Shown: positions 23,463 to 43,500 of the stretch, piece after piece
Position numbering within the stretch: position 1 is the stretch's first letter
Layout of the letters: every line of letters starts with the position of its first letter
From: Trichoplax adhaerens
Taxonomy: Eukaryota; Animalia; Placozoa
Direction of reading: 5' to 3'
Length of the DNA stretch: 64,000 bases
NCBI RefSeq assembly: GCF_000150275.1
Contig: NW_002060948.1
Coordinates: 620,001 to 684,000 of the forward strand
Made by a program: the position numbers and the translations under genes
Notes under the pieces: model-generated
Told to the model about the DNA's origin: nothing
What the model saw: the letters and a program-made list of their open reading frames with translations, nothing else
Database searches by the model: none

Positions 23463-25519
23463 ATTATTGGAAAAGATTTACTATGCCTGAAATTGGTAAA
23501 AGTGATTAATGTTTATACTTGATTTCACGCCTGTTCAGTACATGTTTCTCATTTACTGTATTCTAATCAACTCAGGATTTTTTTGTGATAACTGTAAGCG
23601 ATCTCGCTGGCATTATAGGCATGTTTAATTTCTGATAATAACATTCTTAAAAAAAGCTAAAAATTGTCATAAAGACGACACTTAGATATTTCTTTAAAGG
23701 CTCTCAGAGTATTTTTTCTAAATTATTACCCGAAGAGATGACTGCCAAGTTGAACAAATCTCTAACCAATAGTTTTTTCTTATTGCTTCTATCGGTATAA
23801 CCATCTTGAAAAACTTACTTAAGATACCTTGTATCGAGGTCATTATAACAGAGATCTCTCACCGTAATTCGATTTATCTCCTAGATTTACATGATATGAA
23901 AGATTAATATTCTGTTTACAATGCTTTTTCGTCTAAAGATGAGCATATTGCGGTATTTGATGCTTAATTACTTTTGAGTACAGGCCTCATACTACTGAGA
24001 GCAAAACTACTACACTGATTATATCACGAAATTTATAGATATATCCTGTACAGGTTGTTGCATTTAAGTACATTGAATAGCTTTTTATGATTGATACAAA
24101 GGCATTCGTTTTATCTAGCGATTGTCTTAATGTAAATCAAGATTTAGTGTACAGAAATTGTTATAATAATGTAATACCCATCCGTTGTCTCCCTTATGAA
24201 TGTAACATGAATAACAGAGTACTGTAATACCATTGAAATGAACTGTACTGTATAACTTTTCTTATTGTTTGACATCGTGATAATATATAAAATGAAAATT
24301 TCTTTTTGCCCTGTACGAATGTTTCAAATTAATAATTATTACTGCTTGCCCTGTACGTATTCTTAGAGATTGTACATTGTCGTTAATTTTTAAATTTTAT
24401 GTTCTAATCTTGCATGACTGGTTAATTGCGATGGAAGTTTTTACTGAATTATTGCTACATTACAGCAGACGATATATGCGTACATGACACACGTATTGCA
24501 AATAGGAACAGCTGGTGCGTGTGCTATTTTATGAATCATGATATATAGTAAAGTGAGTTTCTAATTAATAAGCATGAGTAGGACTGAATTTGAGTCAGCA
24601 TAGCAATATGTGTATGATGTATCTATACATATGTAGCAAGTATAGTTAAAATTCTGTATTTTAGTGCATTAATGACTTTTCCATGTTAGATGATGTAGGT
24701 TGCTAACTACCGTACAGTGCTGCAAAGTTAGCCAGGATCAATAATTATATAATTGACATGCTATTTAAATACATAATTGTTTTATATTAAGAAATCAAAG
24801 TACTTTATCTAGTATGTACAGCAACTTAAAAAAAAAATAATATCATTCGCAATACAGAGTGGCTACGAACTGAGACTAAATAAAAGAAAACAGAACTACA
24901 GGAAATTACAAACAAAAGCTGCCCGCTTGGGTTCTAAGTATCGGAACATCCACTTATACAGTTATACTTGTACTGTATAATGCACAGTACGTGTACAAGC
25001 AATTAAATAATGTCAAGTATACACTGTTGATTTATTTCCAATTGTCACAAATTCCTGGAGAAAAAGCCCAAAATTACATATCATACAATTTGTTTGCTTC
25101 TGATTCATTAATTAATCGATGGAAGGCCTAAGCTGCGAACTAATTTACTGTAATCGTAGCATAGTTGTGGTTATGCGCTGTTTTCGGGATGACGACTGAT
25201 CTGCTGCATACAACCGCCATCATCTACAAATATACATACGTATACGTATTTCTATATGCATGGTATCGAGGATTCATTACGCCATTGTTTTGCACATTTT
25301 AATATGTAAGTTTTATCCCTTTGTAGAACGGATATAAAGTGTTGGTTATATAACAAGTTTGTAGGTGTATTAATCTAAAATCAATGTTTATCTGAAACAA
25401 TACCACTATATACAGTACCATCTATGATTAATTATCATCCAGATTAGCTGCTTGTTCGGTTTTATATTGACAGCAGAGAGCGGAATTTCGGATTACTGAC
25501 AGCAACATGTAAAGCTTAA

Positions 25520-26080
25520 ACGGTACCCGATGCATTATGTGCGTTATTTGCAGAAATTATTTAATTAATAAAAGCGCATTTAAATTAAATTAATTAACCG
25601 CCATTTCTGGCATATTTAATGAGCTTTCATAGTACTTTTAATACTTTTAATAAATCAACAAAACGTGATTTATCAAGAACGTCTCTCTGCAAAATTCGGT
25701 ACAGTAAACTGCTGTACCGAATTTTCAATAGAATTTTAACATAGAAATTGATTTTTTTTCCATTTTTTATTATGATATTTCAATTTTAATACACCTAAGC
25801 TATCAATTGATAGCAAATATGTGTCATAAAGTTTTCAAATTATAATTTCATCTAATTTCAATCTGTAGGAAAGGCTTGTAGGAGACCCCTTCAGTCCATA
25901 CAGTACCGTGTACAACAGTAAGTAGATGTACTGACACAGTACCAAACCTTCGACAGGGATAGACACTATACTGTACTGTACTACGGTGGCCCAGAAGGCT
26001 CTGATGGGCCACCGTACTATACAGTACAGTACTGTACTGTACAGTGTACAAGTGTACAGTAAGTACTGTAGATCTGTTCA
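25520..26080. mobile_element. Hairpin-rich element, possible non-autonomous DNA transposon (MITE-like) relic
   Basis: Perfect 14-bp inverted repeat 25691-25725, perfect 16-bp palindrome gctatcaattgatagc 25799-25814, and 12-bp inverted repeat 25982-26016 flanked by complementary pentamer tracts. No TIR/TSD could be defined. Confidence 0.35.
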
Positions 26081-26138
26081 TGGTTTGCTTTTAAGATGAT
26101 TCAGTATAGAGCGATCTGAACAATACATCGAAGTAAGA

Positions 26139-26190
26139 TCATTGGTTCAACTGAACAATAGCAGTTAAAATCATTGGTTCAACTGAACAA
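26139..26190. repeat. Short direct duplication
   Basis: atcattggttcaactgaacaa at 26139 and 26170. Confidence 0.8.
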
Positions 26191-28176
26191 AGCAATTTCG
26201 AGAAGAATTTACAGTATAATACTGTACTGTACTGTATTGTAAATAAATACTGTACGGTACAGTACCGTACAGTACTGGTAGCAGCGCAGAAAAGAACTCC
26301 AATAATAATTTATCAAAATAATCAAATTTGCCTTCTGTTTCTTTGGGTGGAATTCCTCTGTTGCAGTTTTCCAGAGCTACGTGTATAAAATCCTTCCAAA
26401 CTCGGCTGTCTTTCACTTTTAAGGCTTTACAACTGAAAAAAGATAGTTATCGGTAAGATCTCATAGTTGTACTTTTATGAACGTTGTTAATCAACGTATG
26501 GTAACATCAGATATTGCCGTAGCGTTGAAGAGATCCATTTTAATAGCCAACTCATGATCACTGCTAGCACAGTTTTTTTCTCCCATTGCAATATCTACAG
26601 TAGTACAGCACTCTGATATTCATAATATTCACCATCTATTTTGAAGTGATTCATTGATAATTGACCAAAATACTTCATTTACAGCTATGGATGCTATTGC
26701 ATTACCTATGTACGTTCAAGATTCAACGATCTTATATGGAGTACACCTTTTATCTTGTTATGTGTAGCCATTTTATTGCAGTTCTTAGCCTCCGTTATTT
26801 TTTACAGAGGAAACTTCTCTTGTATTCCCTTACTAATATTAATCAAGGCATACAAGTAAACCCACATGCAGTAGTTCTACTTGACTCCTCTTGTCAATAA
26901 CCTATTAGACTGATCCTATAGCACAAGTAGTAACAGTAGTATTTATAAGTCTGAAATAATTTAAATTGATTTTAAGAATTATTATTACAACGTCTCACTA
27001 TAATCGGATACTTTATCGACTCTATCGGTTGGTATTGACTGTCTGGAACATGCCCAATAACCCACACAGGCAAAGCTTTTGTTTTACCTCCACAGGGCTA
27101 TGGTACAACGCAGAATGTTTCCATAGATTTTCCCGTTCTGATTAATTATAGTATAATTATACTTCGTAATTGGACTGCCAATAGCTGAAAGATGACTACT
27201 GCACATGGAATCCGATTCAGTTCTACTCTACTGTGCTGTGGACAATAATAGTACATTAATACGATATCAATACTGCAGTTATTATTTTGGGGAGGGGGGA
27301 TAGAGTACTGGAAATGATTGATTTATGCTCTTGGAGATTGATAGCCATTTCTCGAAGTTTTCTACAGTCTACAGCATTTATTATGAGTATCTGTCAATAA
27401 CGTCTTGGAGGAATGTAGTGTAAATAGTATCATATCTATCTAAATTTTATGACAGTACAAAATCCTAAAGAATGTGTTAACCACCGTTATTGTACGAGCG
27501 TATGTCGGATACAATGTTACTACGATGGACTGTTTATTGTATTGTAGTGACAGTAACATATAATTAAATTACTGTATTCACAAGCATGTATCATTAACGC
27601 CCTATAATTTAGTTATGTGATCCCTGTACAATAACTGTATAGTTGCTGTCTGCGTATTCTAATTAGAGTACGTACAGACTCATTTCTGGCATTATTGATA
27701 ACAACAATTGGAGCACTCCAGTATTTCACACTTTCCTTAGAAAACAGTCAAAATCATGCTTGCGGTCACTATTGGACTACGTATTTTGACTGAAGTATGG
27801 TCATATAATGTAGATAGCGTGTAGATGTTGTATACTTTAATTTACTGAGCCTAAATGGTGAGAGTGCTGACTAGATCGCTGAAAATGTAGTCAGTACTAT
27901 ACGTATTCTATTGCTTATCGAACTTTAATTAAGGTGACTCTAGAGATCAATCGAGGTTACGATCAATATACTTCAATGTACCTGGATACTTATTACTGTA
28001 TATGTATAGTCTAGTAAGAAGTAATTATTGTCGATAAACGTTATTAGCTATCGTAAAATATGAATCGAAAATCAATATAGTACCCGATCTAACATAAATA
28101 CGATAATAAGATAATACTGTACACCTGGCATTAGCCAGTATAATCTTAATCTATTTTATAGGATTAGTGAAGTAAA

Positions 28177-31100
28177 ATGTCGTATCCACCACCAGGAAGC
28201 TATCCAGGATATCCCCCATCTAATACTGGTTATCCACCATCTAATACGGGTTATCCACCAGCTGGTAATCCAGCATACCCGCCTGCTCAAAATCCTGGTT
28301 ATCCACCGGCTGCTCCTGCAGCTTATCCACCAACTCAGACTCCCGGATATCCACCAGCTAATGTACCTGGTTATCCGCCATCTAGCACTCCTGGTTATCC
28401 GCCATCAAACACTCCTGGTTATCCGCCATCAAACACTCCTGGTTATCCGCCATCAAACACTCCTGGTTATCCGCCATCGAACACTGCAGGGTATCCACCA
28501 GCAAACACTACTGGCTATCCACAATCTGGTTACCCAGCGAATCCGCCAGCTGGTTCACAGCCATATCCATCTAATCCTAGTTATGCTGCAGGCTCTGTAA
28601 GTAAAATCGGACTGCTTATATATATAATTATTTGATTGCTATTGGATAGAATTCTTTTGCTACTATGGCTACAGTATAAGTCACTTGGCTACTAAGAGCA
28701 ATTAAAGATTACTGATATTATTTATAGACCTTCACATACATATAGTAGTACATTTTAAAGACCCTTAACTAACTTTCGTAACTATTGTAGTTTAATAATA
28801 TAATTAATTTCTACTATGAAATGGACGTATAGTTCATATGAATGCTTCGGAATTCGGAATATTGTAAAGTATAATAGCGGTACCTGCCCTAATATAGAAC
28901 TATCCTTTGCAGGGTTATCCAGCAACTGGTCAGAGTTACCCAGCTGCAGGTACAGCTTATCCTGGTATGACTCAACCACCAACTTCTACAACATCTTCAT
29001 ACAATTCATATCAAGCAGCTCCACCATCTGGATCTGCAGCTATGCCCGTCCCGTATCCTACAGGGACAGCAGCACCGCCAACGCAGCAACAGTTGTACAG
29101 CACTCCAAATATGCCTGCTCAGCAGCCAACAGTCCCACAACCAGCTCAACAAAGTTACGGTGCACCTCCGGTTGCAGCTCCTCAAGCAACGGCTCCGCAG
29201 CTAGGTAGCGCAAAATACACCTCAATACTAAATTTTTACGAATTGCTTTAAATTTATATCTATATGATTCTACAATTCTTAAATGTATTTCCCTTCCTTA
29301 TCATTCTGTCACCTTTACCGGATTTTAAACCTTAAATAAAGGTTCTCCAATCCAAGTATGTCACCAAACTTCTATAACGGTGATACTTTATCGGCTATGT
29401 TATGCTAAATGTAAAATATCTACTTAAGGCATCAAACGTGATTCCTCCAACAGCTGCAATGGCCACAATGAATATAAAATCAGTGACAGCTGTAAGTATG
29501 ATTTCTACACCTGCTATTATTTGACAATGTTTGATAATACTTAAGGAAGAATATAATGGAATTTTGATATCCTACTTCTGATTTAAACAGAAAGGTACTG
29601 TTGTACCAGCCAAAACATTTAACCCTGAATCTGATTGTGAAATTTTAAAAAAAGCCATGAAAGGTTTCGGTACGTTTATATGTTTGCCTACTTGACTCCT
29701 TTAAATGCTTTAAAAATTGTGTGTAATGTTACATCGCGTGATGTGAACTAGTCGAAGCTAAGGCTTAGTATGACTTAAAAACTGGACACTCCAGCTTTAT
29801 GTAGATATCATGATCTATAACTTGTAATTGTAACTGCCGCAGGTACCGATGAGAAAGCCATCATTGATATACTAGCCAATCGATCTAATGCTCAGCGCTT
29901 GAAAATCTCTTCCATGTATAAAACTATGTTTGGACAGGTGATACCAAACCAACCTTTCATATAGATACCTCATTATTATTAGCAATGCAACTAGTTATTT
30001 TCGTATAAAAGTTATATACTAGTATTGGCGACTTAGACAAGCATAGCCATTCATTTACAAGCTATAATCATATAGTACTCTATAAAGTTATTTGGTATGA
30101 CCGTACATGTAGGATCTTATAGGAAAACTCAAGTCTGAACTATCTGGTAACTTTGAGAAAGCTATCTTAGCACTAATGAATCCCCCAGCTGTACAAGATG
30201 CGAAGTGGTTACGTGCAGCAATGAAAGTAATTCAAATTTTTTAAGCTTTTATTTATTATAGTCAATTTATCTTTTAAAATTTTAACGAGAGCACAATTTT
30301 TTATTAGGGGTTAGGCACAGACGAAGAGATACTTATTGAAATCTTATGCACTCGTACTAATGCGGTAAATATTACTGTTCATTCAATACTCGTATGTAAT
30401 TAGATGTTACTGTAATGATCATTTAGGATGCTGTTTAAAGCGTCTCCGACATTTTTTATATAACGAGAGATTCGTAGAAGTATTGATAATTGAATAGATA
30501 GAATCCTGACCAATATGTGCTAATGTAGTATCATAGCATATAATATTGATGTAAGGTAATGAAATATCTCACAGAAATGCGGCTTTCAATCTTAAATTTC
30601 ATAGGAAATACTTGCAATCAAGGAAGCTTACAAGAAAAGTTAGAATTGTGATAAACTATTAGATTCGAAGTTGGTAGTGTATTAATGATTTCTGTTACTT
30701 ACAGCGTACTTTTATGTTCACCATTTCTATAGACATAAATAGGGATCTTGAAAAGGATTGCGTGAGCGAAACAAGTGGGTACTTTAAGAGGTTGTTGGTC
30801 TCAATGTGTCAAGTATGTCAATAAGTTGATATGATAAAAACTACAATACTACTTTAATAAGAACACGGTAGCAGAAATTTGTAGATTTCAGTATTATACT
30901 TATTTAATAATAGGCTAATAGATCTGAAGCCACTTCCGTTGACATGGCAAGTGCTAAAAAGGATGCTGCGGATTTGTTTCAGGTAAGCTGTAATTATAAA
31001 TTTATAGGATATTGTAAAGATTCATAAGATATATAACCAATTTATTAATAAAACTTTGTTAAGGCTGGTGAAAAAAGATGGGGAACTGATGAATCTCGTT

Positions 31101-31870
31101 TTAATGTAATCTTATCTTCACGAAGTTTTCCGCAGTTGAGAGCAGTCTTTGATGAATATACTAAGGTTATTTATTATTAACATTCTCTATCGTCGAATAA
31201 AGTTAGGATTTAAATTAGCATTAAAATGAAATGCTTACGATAAATTACCATATTTTGATCTAAATAGATTTCACAGCGAGATATCTTAAACTCTATAGAC
31301 CGAGAGATGTCCGGTGATCTAAAACGAGGATTTAAAACTATAGGTATCGTCTCACCCAAAATATAGCTAGTTATACTTTATTATCATTCGTTACAAAGCA
31401 TATAAAATTGATCTCTGACTATCTCCAGAATCCATAATATATTATCTAATGAAATATTTTACAGTAAAGTGTGCACGTAATGCACCTAAATTCTTTGCCG
31501 ACCGGCTACATCATGCAATGAAAGGTGTCGGCTCAGATGATGATACATTAATTAGGATCATTATGTCAAGAAGCGAGGTGAGTTTAATTACTTTCCAAGC
31601 AGTTGTCATGTATTGTATTAAGGCTTATTCGAAGATGATTTACTCAAGTGTCTTATAGCAAAACTGTGTGTGCCTTTTAGTAAAGCAATTATTCAAAATG
31701 GTACATCGTTTGTACATTGAACTAGCCTATTTTTCTTATTATAGATTGACCTTGCTAGTATCAAAGCAGAGTATCGGAATGCTCATCACAAAAGTCTTGG
31801 TAAAGCAATTGAAGGGGAAACTAATGGTGATTTTAAACGAATACTCCTAGCAATTGTTAAAATGGACTAA
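28177..31870 (+). CDS. Annexin with long GYPP-rich N-terminal tail (annexin A7/A11-like)
   Basis: [14 protein letters not shown]... tail, then four annexin repeats: [74 protein letters not shown]. Ends [17 protein letters not shown] at 31868-31870. Confidence 0.95.
28366..28500 (+). repeat. Coding 24-bp tandem repeat (PGYPPSNT)n in the annexin tail
   Basis: cctggttatccgccatc(a/t)a(a/g)cact repeated about 5 times, with three near-identical copies. Confidence 0.9.
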
Positions 31871-32764
31871 CAATATTCTGCATGATAATATTTTTACTTT
31901 TAACATGAGCTCCATGCCAAAGTAAGACTGCAGCCACTGAAGTATGAGTTTGGATGAGATTTAAGTCAACTGCTCTCTTGTTTAATTAATTATAGCCAAA
32001 ACTGCAGACAGACTTTTAGAACGTTTAAAGAAATTTCTGAGCACTTTTAATATTTAGGATATTATTTCTACGGAAGCAATATATAATATTACGGAAACGT
32101 TGATCACATTAAAGATTAACTCTATTGTCGATCCTAATGTTATTTCGAGATAGCAATAAATGTACTACAAAATCGGAAAATAAAGTTAAATTCCAGTTTA
32201 TGCTTGTGTTACTGTTGATCCGCTGTAACTCAATCTACTGTGGATCCCTGTACCAAAATACATTGTTTGAGATTGTGCCTTATCAGTACCTGATTGAATT
32301 AAAAAAATAGAAAAAGGAAGGATTACGGACCTGATTGCGATGGGAATAGAGACCAAACCATTAAAAAATACCCTAATTGAGATTACTACACCTCCATGAT
32401 CACTATAAGTTGTAATCTGCCAGATAAACATTTTAGCTATTCAACTTGTGGAACTGACGAAAACTATAATTGATATAATATAAATATACAGATTTTTCGA
32501 CTGAGTAAAGCTAATAAAGAAGGCACAGAACAGTATATAAATTACAAATTATGAATTAATCAGCTGAATACAATGATAACAATAACTGACAACTTCCAGA
32601 CGTCAGTTTCTATATTTTTACCTGCAGACTGCATAGTAGGTCTCAAAGACGTGCTATCTTTAGTTTGAAGGCGCAACCATAGTCTCCATAGGTGTAAAAG
32701 AAAGCCTGGTTTTCTTTTGTCCCTATGAGCTAAGTCAAGCTGCGCCTTTAGTGATGTTCTGGTA

Positions 32765-33545
32765 GTATATTATCATCAATGATTAGCCTACATTAAAACG
32801 GTATAACAATTATTAATAAAGTAAATCTGGTAAATATTAATTAAACAATGATGATATAGCATTCGAAAAGAATTAGCTCAAATTAATGATGGAAGAATAA
32901 TATGATGACTACTTTGGACAATAATTCCTATATGCAATTGTATTGATCATTTTCATGGCCTACTGTATATCATCATGAGTGAGTAGTCTACGTTCTCACT
33001 GATGATGATATAGGCCATGAAAATGATCCATATAAATGTATATAGCTTATAGGGGTATAATAATAAGGCACGCCTTAAATCTAGCAAATTGTAAAGGATT
33101 ACAGTCATGGACTCTAATTCCTATATACGAGCATATTTCTGTTGATCATTTTTCATGTCCTATATTATCATCAATGAATAGCCTACATTAAAACGGTATA
33201 ACAATTATTAATAAAGCAAATCTGGCAAATCTGGTAAATATTAATTATATCATCATCAATGAGTGGCCTACATTAAAACGGTATAATAATTAATTAATTA
33301 TAATAATAAGGCAAATCCGGCAAATCTTATAAGGGTTATAGTCATGAAATATAATTCATATATACATTTATGTTGATCATTTTTATGTTCTATATCATCA
33401 TCAATAGGTAACCGACATTAAAACGGTATAAAATGAGGTAAATCCGACATTAAAACAGTATAAAATGAGGTAAATCCGACATTAAAACAGTATAAAATGA
33501 GGCAAATCCGGTAAATTTTAAAAGGGTTACAGTCATGGACTATTA
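32765..33545. repeat. Complex degenerate tandem repeat upstream of NVL
   Basis: atcatcaatga.tagcctacattaaaacggtataacaattattaataaag recurs at ~32773, 33168, 33250 and 33397; 32-bp gacattaaaac(g/a)gtataaaatgaggtaaatcc x3 at ~33414-33509; one partial unit is inverted (33002-33028). Confidence 0.85.
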
Positions 33546-33814
33546 CTAGATGTATACCTGGCAGATACTTGTAGAGTAGTGTAGTGTATCATTTAGTCGT
33601 TTCTGGTTACAGGTTACAGTATCAGGCCTGGACCATACACTAGAGTACTATACTGTAAGGTATAGTACTGTATATCTAATTGCCTATACAAGGGCCCATA
33701 TCTAACTGCAACTTCCTCTCCAGCCCATTTTGTATACAGAACGAGTTAAAATTCACATTTGATTCATTCTGCCATTTTCGCATCGATTGGCTTTTAAAGA
33801 GAAATAGCTTGAGG

Positions 33815-39891
<6,077 letters not shown>

Positions 39892-40518
39892 GACTTATTC
39901 ATAGTCTTTTAGCGAGAGAGTGAAATATGTATATGCATGTATTGTATAAAACAATCATTCAAACATATGCCTGTATTAGCACCTGAATATGCGATATTGT
40001 TAGAAAGCTATGGCACAGTTGGAATAATACCAATTTTTATACTATAATCTGGTGATAGCGTACGCAGTGCGCAATAACGATTCTCATCAAATAAAAATCT
40101 GCACAGATAATTAATAAATGATTCTGTCCGAAACTGTGTTATCAACCGGTGAAAAGCACAGTACGGCAAGAAGCATCAACAATGCAGTGTCCGTTTTTAG
40201 AACAATGTATCAAAAACAAGATAAGGTCTAATCAAAAATATTGATTTATAAATTTAGCATAATATATAATTTATATTATTATGCATATATATTAGACTTT
40301 GTATCTTCTCTTATTAAGTGATAGCGATATATTGTGTATATTTCGCACTATACACAGCAGAGAAAAAATAAAACGCATGGCATAGAAGAATGAATATGAT
40401 ACACAGCCAGAGGGCATTGTCGCTAATAGTAGTAAAAATCATGATTATTGTTGAGCAATAGATCTCTGAACGATACTTTTTTAAGAAAGTAATCCAATAT
40501 TAATTGCATACTTTAAAT

Positions 40519-43500
40519 TTAATACTCTTCGTCGTCTTCTTCAGTACTACCAATAATTCTATAAAATAGCTCTACAGCTGTAAAAGTGGCAGCATTCACT
40601 GGAAACGCTCTTAAAAGAGCACTATTCAAGCCACGAGTAAGGAAGTATAGACCTTCATTTTTATAACTTTTTAAAAAACAATCCCTTAGGCCGGAATATT
40701 CCATGACACCAGTATGCAAACCATCAGCTTGTATGCGTGTTTTAAGTACATCAATAGGATATGTTACTAACCACGATATAACACCAGTCATACCGCCCGC
40801 AAACAACATTTTAGAAACGGTTAAGTATAAAGGATCAATTTGTTCATTTAAAACCGCTTTACAGATGGCATCGTAAGATGAGAAGTATGTGCCACAACCG
40901 ATAGCTTCACGTAAGACAGTTAAATTCATTCCACGATAGCAACCTTTTAGACCATAAGTCTTGTATACGTGATGCAAACAGTGAAAAGAACTTCGAAATT
41001 TTACACTTGCATTCTTTTTTCCGTTAGCTAACTTATTAGTATCATTCTCACTTTGTAATTGCATCCATGTTTTAACTAACTGCAAGCAGCAGCAATACAA
41101 AAAAAGAGTGATTATAAGCAATGTGATAAAAAATTATTCATCTTAAAATCTTTCAATATTATGTAGAACATATTTACGTTTTATGCAAGAAATTATTTGC
41201 ATATATCACAAGCGAATAAAATACAGTAAACCAATTTAAAATTAGCAACAGATTACATCAGAGTGTAAAAAGTATTATATCGACTTATCGCAATAGATAC
41301 TGAAACTTCTTTTATTAAATGTATTAATTATATTAGTTTCTAGACTTAGTCTGAAGGAATATCGATGTTATTTTCTAACATACAGTATCTGTGATATGTT
41401 GTTATGATAAGACTTTATATAATTAAGCTTACTAATTTACCTCCATTGGACAGGCAACTCCAGATTGGAAGGTACCAGCTATAGATCCTGCAATAAATCG
41501 ACTACGACTATTGTCGTCAGGTAATCGCCTTAGGATGTTGCCATATGTGCCGAAGATAATAGCATTAATGAAAGTTACTCCTACCAGAGGTGATTGCATT
41601 CCTTTATATAAACCTAAAAACTACAATTAATTTATCTTATTTTAAACATTGTTAGTTAAAATCGAGGCCAACAATCATCTATTATACAAAACACTTAATC
41701 TTCTTCAATATCACTTAAACGCTAACAAACAGTATATTGATAAAGCATTGTAACTGGATACAATTCATCACTGGAATTAAAATCACCGGGTAATGATAGC
41801 CGTAATATATGTTATACTTTTTTATCTATTCCTCCAATTTCTTGTTCGATAACACAATATAAGATCATTAAGTACAATATCTCAAATATATTCCTTAGAT
41901 AGGTTGGATAGTATGAATTAGTATAGTAGAATCGCTACACATATATCGAGATTTCGGGTAGTAGCGTGTACGATAAATAACTTTTGATACGTATATAATG
42001 TAGTTCAGTTGCAAATTGAGAATATTTACAATACTACATAAAGATAAATTCACAAACCTGGGTGATTGTTGTGTTTCATGGTATATATGGTATATACAAT
42101 CATGAGTTGTGACTACTATAGTAATTGAATTACCAATAACAATAAATAACAAAAAGTTATTGCATATTACGTGATATATGCAACATGAACTGCGACTTTT
42201 TTATATTAGCAATTGTATTACATACAATATTGTACCTCATTTGCATCGTAAAATAAACTTGATCAGCTTACTCGCAACTAGGTAGTAAGTACAATCGAGA
42301 TGGCTGCCACCTTAAAATTGTAGCTTTTTATTATCAGACGCATTTCATTATACGATGATTAATGTGGTACTTTACATCCAAAGACGTAAGATATCAGGTA
42401 ACGTTAGGCATGATCTTGTGATGTGCATAAAGTAGAGGTAAGGTGTGATTTTTTTGAATACTATGCAGTATATGCACCATCTTACGTCTATCGAAACCGG
42501 CATTATATAGTATCTGTATAGATTATGAATTTATGACACTAAAGATATGTCATGAAAATAGGAGTACGCCTTACGTAGCTATAAATTCAAATATCTTGTA
42601 TATACTGAACACTGTACACAAAATTTTTCAGTTATAACAATTTACGAATATCTGTGACTACGATAATAATACGGTAATAATTTCGAATCTCAACTTCAAA
42701 AATATTAGTATCTCATCTAATTTGACTTTGACTCCATCTACGTACAGGGTAAATATTCTATTTATTTACTGTACATATACGCGTATGTATCACAATATGG
42801 TAAGAACCTACCGATTCTTTACGTATGGTTGATGAGAAGCAGTGGATAGTACCTCTATATTGAGGATTATTTATATTTTGAGCTTGTAAGCGGACCTGCA
42901 GAGACAACATTTATGCAGGTTAACATTGAGAATCATTTTATTACAGTAATAACATAATATTTTAGAAATACACAAAGTGAGATAAATGTTTAACTAGATA
43001 TTTAATAAAATAATGTATAGTAGGATACAAAACTTGGGTGAATTTATATTTCTGTTACTTATTACAGACAGTCCAGCGTAGGAAATCAATCACCTATGGT
43101 ATCCATAAAATTTTATACTTTATATTCAAAAATGGAATTGTTACCGATGACCAACAGTTATTAAATCCGAGTAATTCTTATATTACTTATTATACTGTAT
43201 CCCTTAGCATTGTTGACAATGCCAATGGTATACCTTGACAGTCACTCTCGACATTTTATCAGTATCGTAAATATTCTCGGTAGATAACCCGATGTAGTTG
43301 ATTACAAATCAATATGATGTATCATAATATTTACCATATCCGGAATGATATTAACTTAAAAAAATAATAGTATACATAGGTTAGTACCTTGACCGTATCG
43401 AAAGGATGGCCAACTAGGATGCCAGCTAAACCTATCAACGAGAGAATGCAACTTATCAATCTATGGAAAAACCAAACTACAGTTATTATGATTAATTATT

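Noticed and set aside
27288-27300. G-run ggggaggggg as a G-quadruplex
   Set aside because: Only two G-tracts
28361-29208. Overlapping ORFs 28361-28600 (LLVIRHQT repeats) and 28816-29208
   Set aside because: Alternative-frame shadows of the repetitive annexin exons
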